This document shows positions 16,785-26,821 of a stretch of 58,011 nucleotides of DNA, in pieces (the stretch's first letter is position 1; each line of letters opens with the position of its first letter). A program made the position numbers and the translations under genes. The notes beneath the pieces are model-generated. The model searched no databases, was not told the origin of the DNA, and was given only the letters and a program-made list of their open reading frames with translations. Source of the stretch: Nanobdellota archaeon (lineage in GTDB: Archaea; Nanobdellota; Nanobdellia; Woesearchaeales; JAHJEM01); NCBI GenBank assembly GCA_018825425.1, contig JAHJEM010000063.1, positions 1 through 58,011 of the forward strand, read 5' to 3'.

Positions 16785-17228
16785 ATGTATGAATGGTTTG
16801 ATGAAATGCAAAAGATGAGAAACGAGATGGATAGGATCTTCAAAGAATTTGATGGTAGGGATGCACTGGATTATGACCCAAAAGGCAAGGCCATTGCCAA
16901 GCAGATGAGATGCCCTACAATGAATCAATATGAGACCCATACCAAGCTTGTGACTGAAATAGAGCTACCAGGTGTTGACAAGAATGATGTCAAGCTATTC
17001 ATTGCAGAGGATCATGCCGAAGTCAAGGTAGAACAAAAGCATGAGGCAGAAGTCAAAGGATACTACAGAAAAGAGGCCAGAAGCCAGAATTTCTTCAGGA
17101 GAATTCCATTTCCTGTAAAGGTCAATGTAGACCTGGCCAAGGCAGAACAGAAAGATGGAGTCTTAAGGATAGAGATTCCAAAATTAAAAATAGACCATAA
17201 GAATATAAGGCAACTTCAGATCGAATGA
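16785..17228 (+). CDS. hsp20: small heat-shock protein, Hsp20/alpha-crystallin family
   Basis: Alpha-crystallin core with C-terminal GVLRIEIPK. ATG 16785 is preceded by GAGGTGG. The track's GTG 16776 lies inside that SD. Confidence 0.9.
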   Translation: MYEWFDEMQKMRNEMDRIFKEFDGRDALDYDPKGKAIAKQMRCPTMNQYETHTKLVTEIELPGVDKNDVKLFIAEDHAEVKVEQKHEAEVKGYYRKEARSQNFFRRIPFPVKVNVDLAKAEQKDGVLRIEIPKLKIDHKNIRQLQIE

Positions 17229-17725
17229 GAGTGTGTAAAATGAAACAGGAAGAGAAAACAAAGAAAACAAGGGTTGCGAAAAAGGATAATGAAAAAGAAT
17301 TGCAAGATAACCTACAGAGGCTCCAGGCTGAATTCGAGAACTACAAGAAAAGAGTTGCAAAAGAAAGCCAAGAGATTTACTCACATGCTAATGAGAACCT
17401 AATAAAGGAACTTCTTGGTGTTTTGGACAACTTTGAACTTGCTCTCGGCAAAGAGAATGACCAAGGCGGATTCTATAAGGGTGTAGAACTTATATATGGA
17501 AATCTTTATTCCAGCCTTGAAAAATTTGGTTTGAAGAGAATACAAGCAAGGGGACAGGCATTTGATCCTCGTTTGCACGAAGCATTGTTGACTGAAGAAT
17601 CTGACAAAGAAGCTGACACTGTACTTGAGGAACTCCAAACAGGTTATGTATTGAATGATAAGGTGCTAAGGCACACTAAAGTTAAGGTATCAAAACCGAA
17701 AACTTCAAAAACATCCGACGAGTAA
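17225..17725 (+). CDS. grpE: nucleotide exchange factor GrpE
   Basis: LQAEFENYKKRVAKE coiled coil and FDPRLHEAL beta domain. ATGA overlap with hsp20. An alternative start is ATG 17240. Confidence 0.9.
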   Translation: MRVCKMKQEEKTKKTRVAKKDNEKELQDNLQRLQAEFENYKKRVAKESQEIYSHANENLIKELLGVLDNFELALGKENDQGGFYKGVELIYGNLYSSLEKFGLKRIQARGQAFDPRLHEALLTEESDKEADTVLEELQTGYVLNDKVLRHTKVKVSKPKTSKTSDE

Positions 17726-17747
17726 ATAACCCTGGGTGATATTTACA

Positions 17748-18299
17748 ATGGTAATAAAAAAAGAATCAAGTGTTGATGATGTACTCAAATCTAGTGATGA
17801 ATGCAAGAAATGTGGCAAATGCTGTGAAAAAGGTTTTGGCTTTGTACTAAATCATGAGATATCCAAGATGGCTAAGTTCATGGGCCAGAATGAAACCAAT
17901 TTCATAAGAAAGTTCCTTGAACCTGTTGAAGTATTTCATACTTCAAAACACAGGACCAAGCGCAGAAAAAGTAACAAAGACAAGCCATACGGACGATGTG
18001 TATTTCATGATTCCAAAACAGGTGAATGCAAGATTCATGATGCCAAACCATTGTATTGTAAGCTTGGAACTTGTCAAACGCACGGAGAATCGTTAATTCA
18101 ATGGTATTACCTTAATTTCTTCGTAAATCCAAAGGATCCTTCCTCTGTCAGAGAATGGAAGATCTATGCAGATATGAAAGAAGTGATTCCTGGTGGAAAA
18201 CCACAGGATCTGGTCGGAATGGAAAATCTGCTGAAGATCCTTAACTATAGTGAACTCACTATGGCACCACCAAAACCTAAGCTCAAGAAGAAACAATAA
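17748..18299 (+). CDS. YkgJ/UPF0153-type CxxCxxCC cysteine-cluster protein
   Basis: [15 protein letters not shown]-terminal cluster and a later CVFHD...[13 protein letters not shown] motif. Confidence 0.7.
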   Translation: MVIKKESSVDDVLKSSDECKKCGKCCEKGFGFVLNHEISKMAKFMGQNETNFIRKFLEPVEVFHTSKHRTKRRKSNKDKPYGRCVFHDSKTGECKIHDAKPLYCKLGTCQTHGESLIQWYYLNFFVNPKDPSSVREWKIYADMKEVIPGGKPQDLVGMENLLKILNYSELTMAPPKPKLKKKQ

Positions 18300-18340
18300 A
18301 TTGTGTATTTAAGAAATTAAATTATGTATTAGAGGATAAA

Positions 18341-20233
18341 ATGATGGAAAAAATAATAGGTATCGATCTTGGAACAACATTCTCAGCTGCTGCTGTACTG
18401 GAAGGAGGAAAACCAGTAATAATTCCAAATGCTGAAGGACAGCGGACAACTCCGAGTGTGGTGAGTATAACAAAAGATGGTGAGAGACTTGTAGGCCAAC
18501 TGGCTAGAAATCAAGCAATCACAAATCCTGCACATACAGTACGAAGCATCAAAAGACATATGGGTGAAGACTTTAAGGTAAAGATGTGGGATAAAGAATA
18601 CACACCTCAAGAAGTAAGTGCTATGATCCTTCAGAAGCTTAAAGCTGATGCAGAAAGCTATCTTGGCCAGAAAATTAACAAAGCAGTCATCACTACTCCT
18701 GCTTATTTTACAGATGCACAAAGGCAAGCAACCAAAGACGCAGGAAAGATTGCAGGACTTGAAGTGCTAAGGATAATCAACGAGCCTACTGCTGCAAGCC
18801 TCGCATACGGTCTTGACAAGAAAGACAAGGAACAGACAGTACTTGTCTTTGACTTTGGAGGTGGAACATTTGATGTCTCCATACTAGAACTTGGCGATGG
18901 AGTATTTGAGGTTAAGGCAACCAATGGCGACAACCATCTTGGTGGAGATGACATTGATGAAATACTCATTGATTGGATAGCTACTGAATTCAAGAAAGAA
19001 AAAGGAATTGATCTTAGAGAGGATAGGACAGCTCTTCAAAGATTAAAGGAAGCTGCTGAGAAGGCAAAGATTGAACTATCATCCAAGATGAAGGCAACAA
19101 TCAATCTTCCGTTCATAACTGCTGGAGCATCAGGTCCTCAACACCTTGAAATTGAGATTTCAAGATCAAAATATGAACAGTTGATTGAGAATATAATCAA
19201 AAGACTAGAAGGTCCTTGCAGACAGGCAATGAAAGATGCCAATATGACTGGAGACCAAATAGATAAAGTATTACTCGTTGGAGGAAGTACTAGAATTCCT
19301 TCAGTTCAGGAACTTGTAAAAGGACTTACTGGTAAAGATGGAGATAAGTCAGTCAATCCTGATGAAGCAGTATCTTTAGGTGCTGCTCTTCAAGGAGGAA
19401 TACTTGCAGGCGAAGTAAAAGATGTTCTTTTACTTGATGTAACTCCACTATCTCTAGGTATTGAGACTCTTGGTGGAGTAATGACACCAGTTATTACCAA
19501 GAATACAACAATCCCTACCAAGAAAAGTCAGACATTCTCAACTGCTGCAGATAATCAACCAGCAGTAAGCATCCATGTATTACAAGGAGAAAGAAGCATG
19601 GCTTCTGACAACAAATCTCTTGGAAGGTTTGACCTGGTCGGAATCCCACCTGCACCAAGAGGTATACCTCAGATAGAGGTCACCTTTGACATCGATGCTA
19701 ATGGCATAGTTCATGTCAGTGCAAAGGATCTCGCAACCAAGAAAGAACAGAGCATCAAGATTACTGCAACTAGCAACTTGAGTGAAGATGAAGTCAAAAA
19801 GATGCGAGAAGATGCAGAGAAGTTTGCTGATGAAGACAAGAAAAGAAAAGAAGAGATAGAGACAATTAACAATGCTGATACTCTTGTATACAGTACTGAA
19901 AAATTGCTCAAAGACTTTGAGGGCAAAGCAGACTCTAAGGAAATCGATTTAATCAAAAAAGAGATCAGTGAACTTAAGACTCTTCTGGAACCAGAAAAGA
20001 AAGATGCTGATGCAATAAAAAAGAAGATGGATGGCATCAATGAAAAGATCCAGAAAATCAGCACTGAAATGTATCAGAAAGTGGCTGAAGAGCAAGCAAA
20101 AGCACAACAAGCACAAGCAGGTGCTCAACCTGGAGGAGAAACACCTCCAGGTGGCAAGAAAGACGATGTTGTCGACGCAGAGTTCAAGGAAGTTGATGAT
20201 GAGAAAAAGAAGGATAAAGAAAAAAAGAAATGA
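18341..20233 (+). CDS. dnaK: molecular chaperone DnaK (Hsp70)
   Basis: [31 protein letters not shown], plus substrate-binding and lid domains. Confidence 0.97.
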   Translation: MMEKIIGIDLGTTFSAAAVLEGGKPVIIPNAEGQRTTPSVVSITKDGERLVGQLARNQAITNPAHTVRSIKRHMGEDFKVKMWDKEYTPQEVSAMILQKLKADAESYLGQKINKAVITTPAYFTDAQRQATKDAGKIAGLEVLRIINEPTAASLAYGLDKKDKEQTVLVFDFGGGTFDVSILELGDGVFEVKATNGDNHLGGDDIDEILIDWIATEFKKEKGIDLREDRTALQRLKEAAEKAKIELSSKMKATINLPFITAGASGPQHLEIEISRSKYEQLIENIIKRLEGPCRQAMKDANMTGDQIDKVLLVGGSTRIPSVQELVKGLTGKDGDKSVNPDEAVSLGAALQGGILAGEVKDVLLLDVTPLSLGIETLGGVMTPVITKNTTIPTKKSQTFSTAADNQPAVSIHVLQGERSMASDNKSLGRFDLVGIPPAPRGIPQIEVTFDIDANGIVHVSAKDLATKKEQSIKITATSNLSEDEVKKMREDAEKFADEDKKRKEEIETINNADTLVYSTEKLLKDFEGKADSKEIDLIKKEISELKTLLEPEKKDADAIKKKMDGINEKIQKISTEMYQKVAEEQAKAQQAQAGAQPGGETPPGGKKDDVVDAEFKEVDDEKKKDKEKKK

Positions 20234-20242
20234 GGATTAAAA

Positions 20243-20482
20243 ATGGCTAAAGCAAAAAAACCAAAAGAAAAAAAGACTTCTGAAGGACCTATTGTCCAGA
20301 TGTTTGGTCTGAGGATGATAAAGGAGATCAATCCAAAAACCAAGCAAGTTCATCTTGAGATCAAATCAAAGTCCGAAGGCATGCCAATGGCAGAAGCAAT
20401 GCTTCTAGTCGAAGGCTGGCTCAAGGCTGAAAAGGAAAAGATGATTGGACCAGTATTCAAGCAAAAAAAAGAAGTGAAATAA
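20243..20482 (+). CDS. small Lys-rich hypothetical protein between dnaK and dnaJ
   Basis: 79-aa ORF starting 9 nt after dnaK. No recognisable motif. Confidence 0.45.
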   Translation: MAKAKKPKEKKTSEGPIVQMFGLRMIKEINPKTKQVHLEIKSKSEGMPMAEAMLLVEGWLKAEKEKMIGPVFKQKKEVK

Positions 20483-20496
20483 GAGAATAAGCAGAA

Positions 20497-21078
20497 ATGA
20501 TTACTAAAGAACAGGCTCAAGAGTTAATCAAGGAATTCAAGCTTCCTAAAAATATTGTTGAACATACGAATACGGTTAATCGGATTTGCTTGTATCTAGG
20601 CAATAAGGCAAAGCTTGGAAATGATGAATTAAATCTTTTAGATGTCAGTTCAATGCTCCATGACCTATTCAAGCCCATTGAATTGGATCTTGACGAGGAA
20701 GTGTTTGATACAGAATCTCGTGCATTCTGGAAAGCGCAGAAAGAGAAGTATCAGGGTATGGATCATACAGTTGCAGCCTATGAATATTTCAAGGATTCTG
20801 AGCCCGAAATAGCATTCCTTATAAGATCTCACAAGTTCAAAACCATACTCGAACAAAGAAAAAAATCATTACCAGAAAAGATCCTTAAGTACGCTGACCT
20901 CCGAGTCAAACACGACCAAATAGTAAGTATGAAAGAGCGGTTAGACGACATCAAAACAAGGTATGCTAAGCCAACATCCTCACAAATCCCATTCTCGGTA
21001 TTCCAGGACTTTGAGAATGAATTAGTTGATGCAATAGGATTTAGGCCTGATGAACTCTTGGAGTTGAACCAAAAATGA
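20497..21078 (+). CDS. HD-domain phosphohydrolase
   Basis: EHTNTVNRI...[10 protein letters not shown] (H...HD) and a later H in IRSHKF. 4-nt overlap with dnaJ. Confidence 0.7.
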   Translation: MITKEQAQELIKEFKLPKNIVEHTNTVNRICLYLGNKAKLGNDELNLLDVSSMLHDLFKPIELDLDEEVFDTESRAFWKAQKEKYQGMDHTVAAYEYFKDSEPEIAFLIRSHKFKTILEQRKKSLPEKILKYADLRVKHDQIVSMKERLDDIKTRYAKPTSSQIPFSVFQDFENELVDAIGFRPDELLELNQK

Positions 21079-22160
21079 ACGATCCTTATGAAATTCTAGG
21101 AGTAAGCAAGAATGCATCAAAGGAAGATATAAAGAAAGCTTATAAGAAACTTGCAAAAAAATATCATCCAGACCTGAACAAAGAGGAAGGATCAGATGCA
21201 AAGTTCAAGGAGCTTAACAATGCTTTCTCAATTTTAAATGATGATCAGAAGAGATCACAATATGACCAGTTTGGTGGAGATGCTTTCAAGTATGGTCAAG
21301 GTGGTCCTGGTGCAGGTGGTTTTGGAGACTTTGGTGCTGATTTTGGTTTTGGAGACATTTTCGAGACTTTTTTTGGTGGGGGTGGCGGAGGAAGCAGACG
21401 CAGAAGAACTGAACGTGGATCTGACCTCTTATTTGATGTAGATATCGAATTGGAGGATGCGGCTTTTGGCTTAACCAAGACCTTTGAACTCAAGAAGAAT
21501 GAAACCTGTTCTGATTGCAGTGGTAAAGGTGGAAGCAACCCTATAAAATGTTCTGATTGTGGAGGATCAGGTGTTGTAACAGAGCAAAGAAGGACTATGT
21601 TTGGAATATTCCAGACTCAATCACCTTGCAGAGCATGCCAAGGCAAAGGTGAACAATTCAAGAATACATGTACTACCTGTCATGGCGAAGGCAGGGCAAA
21701 GCAGAAAAAGAAACTTGAGATCAAGATACCTGCAGGAGTACAGGATGGAAACCAGGTAAGACTTCCTGGTGAAGGTGAAGCCGGAAAACAGGGTGCACCA
21801 GCAGGAAATCTATATGTGCGGGTGCATATCAAGCCTCACGAATTCTTTGAACGTATTGATGATGATGTTCTTTTGGAGGTTCCAATCAGTTTTACCCAAG
21901 CCGCGCTTGGAGCAGAAATAAAAGTTCCAACTTTAGAAGGCAAAGCTAATTTAAAGATAGATCCAGGCACCCAATCCGGCACAGTTTTTAGAATGAAAGG
22001 AAAAGGTATTCCTCACATAAGAGGATATGGCTCTGGCGACCAGAATGTCAGAGTCCATGTGAACATTCCAAAGAAGCTTTCAAGAAAACAAAAGAATATT
22101 ATTGAGGATCTGAAGAAAGAATTAGGGAAGGATGCAGAGCCGCAGAAGGGGATGTTTTAA
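21075..22160 (+). CDS. dnaJ: co-chaperone DnaJ (type I)
   Basis: J domain with KYHPD, Gly/Phe-rich linker, four CxxCxG-type zinc-finger motifs, and C-terminal client-binding domains. Confidence 0.95.
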   Translation: MNDPYEILGVSKNASKEDIKKAYKKLAKKYHPDLNKEEGSDAKFKELNNAFSILNDDQKRSQYDQFGGDAFKYGQGGPGAGGFGDFGADFGFGDIFETFFGGGGGGSRRRRTERGSDLLFDVDIELEDAAFGLTKTFELKKNETCSDCSGKGGSNPIKCSDCGGSGVVTEQRRTMFGIFQTQSPCRACQGKGEQFKNTCTTCHGEGRAKQKKKLEIKIPAGVQDGNQVRLPGEGEAGKQGAPAGNLYVRVHIKPHEFFERIDDDVLLEVPISFTQAALGAEIKVPTLEGKANLKIDPGTQSGTVFRMKGKGIPHIRGYGSGDQNVRVHVNIPKKLSRKQKNIIEDLKKELGKDAEPQKGMF

Positions 22161-22561
22161 TAAAAAGATTCTATGTACAGATGATTATTGTATAAGAATT
22201 CTTCAACAACAGGTGCAACCTGATAATATCCAACTGCAGCCCAACCAATCAGATTTCCAATTATTGCAACTCTTGGATACCATTTAATCTGTCTACCAAT
22301 TATTTTTTCCAATGGATCATCTGGTTTCCTTTTAATACGTTCTTCATGATAGATTGATTCATGTCCTGCAATCATATCAACCAATCCAAGTGATACACAA
22401 GACATGAATGGTACAGGAATTTGAGCATTCATTCCACAATTGAAGAACACATAATCCAAGCCAGCTATGCTTGCATTGATTGTCGCTGTAAAAGTGTATC
22501 CAAACAAGTCAACAATTTCAGAAATTGCTTCAATTTCAGCATGCTTCTTTGGACTATTCAT
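22157..22561 (-). CDS. hypothetical membrane-associated protein
   Basis: Start moved to Met-20 of the track ORF (MNSPKKH) because an AAAATTAATATA box lies ~27 nt upstream. No domain recognised. Confidence 0.45.
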   Translation of the reverse strand: MNSPKKHAEIEAISEIVDLFGYTFTATINASIAGLDYVFFNCGMNAQIPVPFMSCVSLGLVDMIAGHESIYHEERIKRKPDDPLEKIIGRQIKWYPRVAIIGNLIGWAAVGYYQVAPVVEEFLYNNHLYIESFY

Positions 22562-22647
22562 ATAGTTGGAATAAGAATGCAGTATATTAATTTTAGTTGT
22601 TATAAAACATAACAACATTTTTATTGACTCACAAATTTCCTCTTGGT

Positions 22648-23364
22648 ATGAACACTATTAATGAGAATCTGAAGAAAGCAGGCTTAACAGGTAATGAAGC
22701 CAAAGTATATTATGCGCTTTTACAGAGAGATCCTTCTTCTGCAAATGAAGTAGCTAAGAAAATTAGTATGGATAGAAGTTTAACATACACAGTTCTTAAT
22801 AATCTCATAGAAAAGGGTTTTGTCAGCTACGTAATAAAGGGTAAGAAAAAATATTTTCAGGCCACACCACCGGAAATATTCCTAACTTCATTAAAAAAGC
22901 AAGAGTTTATTGTGACAAACCTTGTGACTACATTGAATAAAATTAAGAAAGTACCAGAATCAGATCATGAAATAAGAGTTTATGAAGGAAAAGAGGGCAG
23001 CCGTACATTTATGAGATTACTTTCCAAACAAAAAGATGTTTGCACATTTGGTGCAACTGGAAGAACTTATGATCTTTTATATGAATCTCCTACTATTGTC
23101 AAGGATTTTGAGAAAAAAGGTTTCACTGCACGCATAATTACCAATCCAAAATATAAAACGCATCCGATGACCAAAATAAAAAATGCAAAAATAAAATATT
23201 TAAGGATTAATAGTGATGCAACGACAACAATATTTGGAGATTATGTTGGAATTCATATACTAACTCAGAAACCAGTGATTATTCTAATAAGAAATAAGGA
23301 GATAGCTAGGAGTTATAAGAACCACTTTGAGGTATTGTGGGAAGCATCTTCTGCTAAACCTTAG
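22648..23364 (+). CDS. TrmB-family transcriptional regulator
   Basis: Winged-helix N-terminus LTGNEAKVYYALLQRDPSSANEVAKKISMDRSLTYTVLNNLIEKGFV. ATG 22648 lies 28 nt from a TTTTTATT box. Confidence 0.75.
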   Translation: MNTINENLKKAGLTGNEAKVYYALLQRDPSSANEVAKKISMDRSLTYTVLNNLIEKGFVSYVIKGKKKYFQATPPEIFLTSLKKQEFIVTNLVTTLNKIKKVPESDHEIRVYEGKEGSRTFMRLLSKQKDVCTFGATGRTYDLLYESPTIVKDFEKKGFTARIITNPKYKTHPMTKIKNAKIKYLRINSDATTTIFGDYVGIHILTQKPVIILIRNKEIARSYKNHFEVLWEASSAKP

Positions 23365-23656
23365 ATTGTCTGTAATTCATTAGATATTTTCTCAAATCTG
23401 CATATCCTTTGTTTCTATCAAGAATGCACAAAACAGTAATATTTGGTTTGTCCACAAGATAAATAACTCGTTTTTCTTTCCTTTGATCTTCAAACCGAAT
23501 TCTAAACAAGAACAGTTCATAACCAACAATTCTTTTATTGCGAAATGGATTCTGTTTGGCAAGTAGCAGTTTTCTTTCTACAATTTTGGCTGCATCCTTA
23601 CTGAGATCATCAAATTGGTTTCGAAAGATATGAGTTGCTTTTAGAATATATTCCAT
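23354..23656 (-). CDS. RelE/ParE-family type II toxin
   Basis: 100 aa. ..NPF....IVGYELFLFRIRFEDQ...RVIYLVDKPNITVLCILDRNKGY matches the RelE/ParE fold pattern. Sits 2 nt downstream of an RHH gene. Confidence 0.65.
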   Translation of the reverse strand: MEYILKATHIFRNQFDDLSKDAAKIVERKLLLAKQNPFRNKRIVGYELFLFRIRFEDQRKEKRVIYLVDKPNITVLCILDRNKGYADLRKYLMNYRQSKV

Positions 23657-23658
23657 GA

Positions 23659-23901
23659 CTATCGCCTGAGCTTCTTGAACAGCTCGGCTTCACTCACATA
23701 AAGATTCTGCTTATCACTAATATCAATAATCTTTTTTATTAAATCAGCCTCCTTTTTTGTAAGCTTTTCCTCGAAAAGCTTTTCTCTCAAAGTTTCCTTA
23801 ATGAATTCTTGGATATTCCCATATCCATTCTTTTCTGCGTGAGCCTCTGCTGTTTGCATAAGCTTCTGCGGTAATCTGAGGTTTATTTGTTTTGTCATCA
23901 T
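23659..23901 (-). CDS. ribbon-helix-helix (CopG-like) antitoxin
   Basis: KQINLRLPQKLMQTAEAHAEKNGYGNIQEFIKETLREKL is an RHH motif. Confidence 0.65.
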   Translation of the reverse strand: MMTKQINLRLPQKLMQTAEAHAEKNGYGNIQEFIKETLREKLFEEKLTKKEADLIKKIIDISDKQNLYVSEAELFKKLRR

Positions 23902-23932
23902 TTTTCCGAAGGTCTTGCGACAATACCGAAAG

Positions 23933-23946
23933 ATACCAATTGGTAT
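23933..23946. promoter_or_regulatory. 14-bp perfect palindrome ATACCAATTGGTAT abutting the TA-operon TATA box (candidate operator)
   Basis: A third ATACC copy lies at 23924-23928. The TATTTAAAT box lies at 23944-23952. Confidence 0.45.
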
Positions 23947-23959
23947 TTAAATGTTGTTA

Positions 23960-24628
23960 TTATTCCAATCTCTCAATCGCCCTCTCCAAGTTCTCTCGTG
24001 CTTTTATTTCGTATTTATCAGCGAAATGATCTGTATAGAAAATTCTAGATCTTTCTAGAAAACTATGGAAGATTCTAGAACGTCCTTCCCTGTATTGTTC
24101 ATCAGGAACCCACAGGTATTCTTGGCGAATTGCTGCGTCATATTCGTCAAATCGTTTCTCTGGTTTTCCTAATATGGACAAATCAATATCCACTATGTAC
24201 TCTTGACTAAATCCTATTGGTCTCTCTGTATGTCTTGTGGCAAGAATGCATTTCTCAACCTCAGTAATATAATCGAGGCTCAAATTATCAAGGTGTTCAG
24301 GTTCTTGTTTCGCAATTCCAAGGCGTAACAACAAAGATCTTGCCAATCTCGCACTCTGTTCTTCATTGTCATGAGCTCTGGTGTCATAGACTGCGTCATG
24401 GAACCATATGGCCATCTTTAGACGTTCATCAATATCCAACAATTCATCTTTGATTCTTGCATATTCCACCAAGCATTCATCAATGTGTTGAAGGTTATGA
24501 TAATGTCTATGAGGTTCTGAATATCTCTGAATTAATTCAGCAAATAACTGTTCATAAGGTTTTCCTACTTCTTGGGGCCACCATGAATCAAGAAAATCCT
24601 TTCTGAGTTTTTCAACTAACTCATTCAT
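23960..24628 (-). CDS. HD-superfamily metal-dependent phosphohydrolase (COG4339-like)
   Basis: EPHRHYHNLQHI and WFHDAVYD motifs. Confidence 0.7.
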   Translation of the reverse strand: MNELVEKLRKDFLDSWWPQEVGKPYEQLFAELIQRYSEPHRHYHNLQHIDECLVEYARIKDELLDIDERLKMAIWFHDAVYDTRAHDNEEQSARLARSLLLRLGIAKQEPEHLDNLSLDYITEVEKCILATRHTERPIGFSQEYIVDIDLSILGKPEKRFDEYDAAIRQEYLWVPDEQYREGRSRIFHSFLERSRIFYTDHFADKYEIKARENLERAIERLE

Positions 24629-25758
24629 TTTACCCTCAGCTCTGCTAGAACCGTTTCAAAGACAGCCCTTATGTTGTTATCAGGTGCACCATCTGAATTC
24701 TGAATACTCCAAATCTTTCCTTGCTTGTCCCGTTCTATTACATGGTTCAATAATCCATATTTTGTTTTATAATCATATTGGCTATGGATTCTTCTCTGGG
24801 TTTGATCAAAGGAGTACCCTCTTTCAATTAGTCTGCGATACTGACTTTCCTCATCAACATATACCAAAACAACATTGTTATTACTAAGATAACCCCCATC
24901 AGATTCTGCTAACAACGCACTGTTGACCAGAATTAATCCCTGTTTTCCATATAGAGCCTTTCTAAATCTTACTTGGATAGGTGAATACATCAATTCATTG
25001 AGCTTTGCTAGCTTGTCAGGCTCTCCAAATACAAGTCCTCCAAGCACTTTTCTGTCTATGGTTCCATCTGGTCTCCTCACACTTCTTCCAAAGGTTCTTT
25101 CAATATTTTCCCTTACTGTCTCATAACCTGGTTCTTTCAGGTTTCCAAGAATATCATGAGCTACGTGGTCAAGTTCTATGTTGTAAACATTAACACCATA
25201 TTCTGCTCCCAATTCCACAAACCTATTACTAACGTGTGACTTACCCGCACCTATCTCACCAGACACACCAATAAGATACTGTCCACTAATACGCTCTTCA
25301 AGGCATTGCTTGACATAAAGAGGAACATATTCATGAATGTCTCCCTGATGATTTTGAATTTCTTTGACTGCACTGCTGCTCACATGAGCTAATTCTGGTC
25401 TGGCAAACAGAATATGAGTATCTATACCTAGATTTTGGCTGTCTCCAACATGATGAAGAGTTCTTTCATAATCAAAATCTTTAGAATCCCTCACACCTTT
25501 GACAATCACACTTGCACCTTGTTCATATGCGTAATCAACAAGCAAACCTTCAAAAGGCGTGACTATGATATTGGACACGTCCTGTAGAGATATTCTAGCC
25601 ATCTCTGTTCTTTCATCTAATGAGAAGGTGTAGTTCTTGGCAGGATTTACACCAATACCAATGATTACCTCTTCAAATACATGTGCTGCTCTTTTGATAA
25701 TGTCTATGTGCCCATATGTGATTGGGTCTCCTGAAAATGCGTATATTGCTTTTGTCAT
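24625..25758 (-). CDS. coaDE: bifunctional bacterial-type phosphopantetheine adenylyltransferase (CoaD) / dephospho-CoA kinase (CoaE) fusion
   Basis: The N-terminal half aligns with CoaD (AIYAFSGDPITYGHIDIIKRA; VKGVRDSKDFDYE; SSSAVKEI..HQGD). The C-terminal half aligns with CoaE (IGVSGEIGAGKSHV P-loop). Start moved to ATG 25756-25758 (MTKAIYAF), 27 nt from a TTTAATATTTA box. The track's upstream extension crosses the divergent promoter. Confidence 0.8.
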   Translation of the reverse strand: MTKAIYAFSGDPITYGHIDIIKRAAHVFEEVIIGIGVNPAKNYTFSLDERTEMARISLQDVSNIIVTPFEGLLVDYAYEQGASVIVKGVRDSKDFDYERTLHHVGDSQNLGIDTHILFARPELAHVSSSAVKEIQNHQGDIHEYVPLYVKQCLEERISGQYLIGVSGEIGAGKSHVSNRFVELGAEYGVNVYNIELDHVAHDILGNLKEPGYETVRENIERTFGRSVRRPDGTIDRKVLGGLVFGEPDKLAKLNELMYSPIQVRFRKALYGKQGLILVNSALLAESDGGYLSNNNVVLVYVDEESQYRRLIERGYSFDQTQRRIHSQYDYKTKYGLLNHVIERDKQGKIWSIQNSDGAPDNNIRAVFETVLAELRVK

Positions 25759-25855
25759 CTTAGTAAATAAATCCATTCCACTAAATATTAAATCTACTAG
25801 TTGAAATTCCATATTTAGGGGAAAATTTATATATAAATAACTCTTTTTGCAGTGT

Positions 25856-26818
25856 ATGAGGCTTGATTTAGTTGATAAGAAGATCCTGTGTGAGCTGGAT
25901 CTTAATTGCAGAACATCAATATCAAGGATTGCAAAGAAGCTTCGCATCAGTAGAGATGTTGCAGGTTATCGGATTAAGGGATTAGAAAAAGAGGGCGTAA
26001 TCTCTAAGTACATCACTGCAGTCAATCTTGGAATGCTTGGCTATCAGACCAGAAAGATATACTTCAGGATCTGGAGTGGCCAGGAAGAAGAAAAAGAATT
26101 TGTTTCATTCTTAGTTAATCATAAACAGACCATAAGTGTCCTAAAAACAGAAGGCTCATTTGATTATTCTGTTGCAATAGCCGTAAAGAACATCCATGAG
26201 CTTGAAGAGTTCTTGATGAAAGTGAGAAATGATTTCAAGAGCCTGGTAAAGGATTACACAGTAAGTATAGTTGTTTATTCTCGAATCTTTAAGTTGAACA
26301 AACTTTTACTCCATCCAAAATACTCTGAATTGAAAGTCGAGAAGTATGAAGGAGAATCAAAAGACATTGAAATGGATGACAAAGATGTGACCATATTGAA
26401 AGTCTTGAGCCAGAATGCCAACATGTCATTGGTTGATCTTTCCAAAAAGACAAAACTTTCATTGGATGTTGTAAAATACAGGGTAAGGCATTTTGACAAG
26501 AACTTTCTTCTGTCCCACAGGATAATGCTTGATTTTGAGAAGATAGGATATTATCAATACGTGATCATGCTTCGGATTCGTCAAGCAACATACAAGGATG
26601 AGAATATGTTGGCAGAATGGTGTCATCAGAAAAACAATGTGTTGTTTTTCAACAAGAGAATTGCAGTGTATGACTTTGAAATAAATGTGGCCATTACAAA
26701 CCTGAAAGAATTGACTGACTTCATCACAGAATTGAAACAGAGGTTTGGAGGCATGATATCAAGCTATGACACCATGCTAAAGAGCAAGTTATTAAAATTA
26801 AATTATGTTCCGTTTTAG
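25856..26818 (+). CDS. Lrp/AsnC-family regulator with two complete HTH + ligand-domain modules in tandem
   Basis: DLVDKKILCELDLNCRTSISRIAKKLRISRDVAGYRIKGLEKEGVI, and again DDKDVTILKVLSQNANMSLVDLSKKTKLSLDVVKYRVRHF. ATG 25856 lies 26 nt from TTTATATATA. Confidence 0.75.
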   Translation: MRLDLVDKKILCELDLNCRTSISRIAKKLRISRDVAGYRIKGLEKEGVISKYITAVNLGMLGYQTRKIYFRIWSGQEEEKEFVSFLVNHKQTISVLKTEGSFDYSVAIAVKNIHELEEFLMKVRNDFKSLVKDYTVSIVVYSRIFKLNKLLLHPKYSELKVEKYEGESKDIEMDDKDVTILKVLSQNANMSLVDLSKKTKLSLDVVKYRVRHFDKNFLLSHRIMLDFEKIGYYQYVIMLRIRQATYKDENMLAEWCHQKNNVLFFNKRIAVYDFEINVAITNLKELTDFITELKQRFGGMISSYDTMLKSKLLKLNYVPF

Positions 26819-26821
26819 ACA

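Noticed and set aside
25759-25947. 63-codon N-terminal extension of the CoaD-CoaE ORF
   Set aside because: It crosses the divergent promoter and overlaps the lrp-like gene start. The CoaD homology begins right at MTKAIYAF (ATG 25756-25758), which has a TATA box 27 nt upstream.
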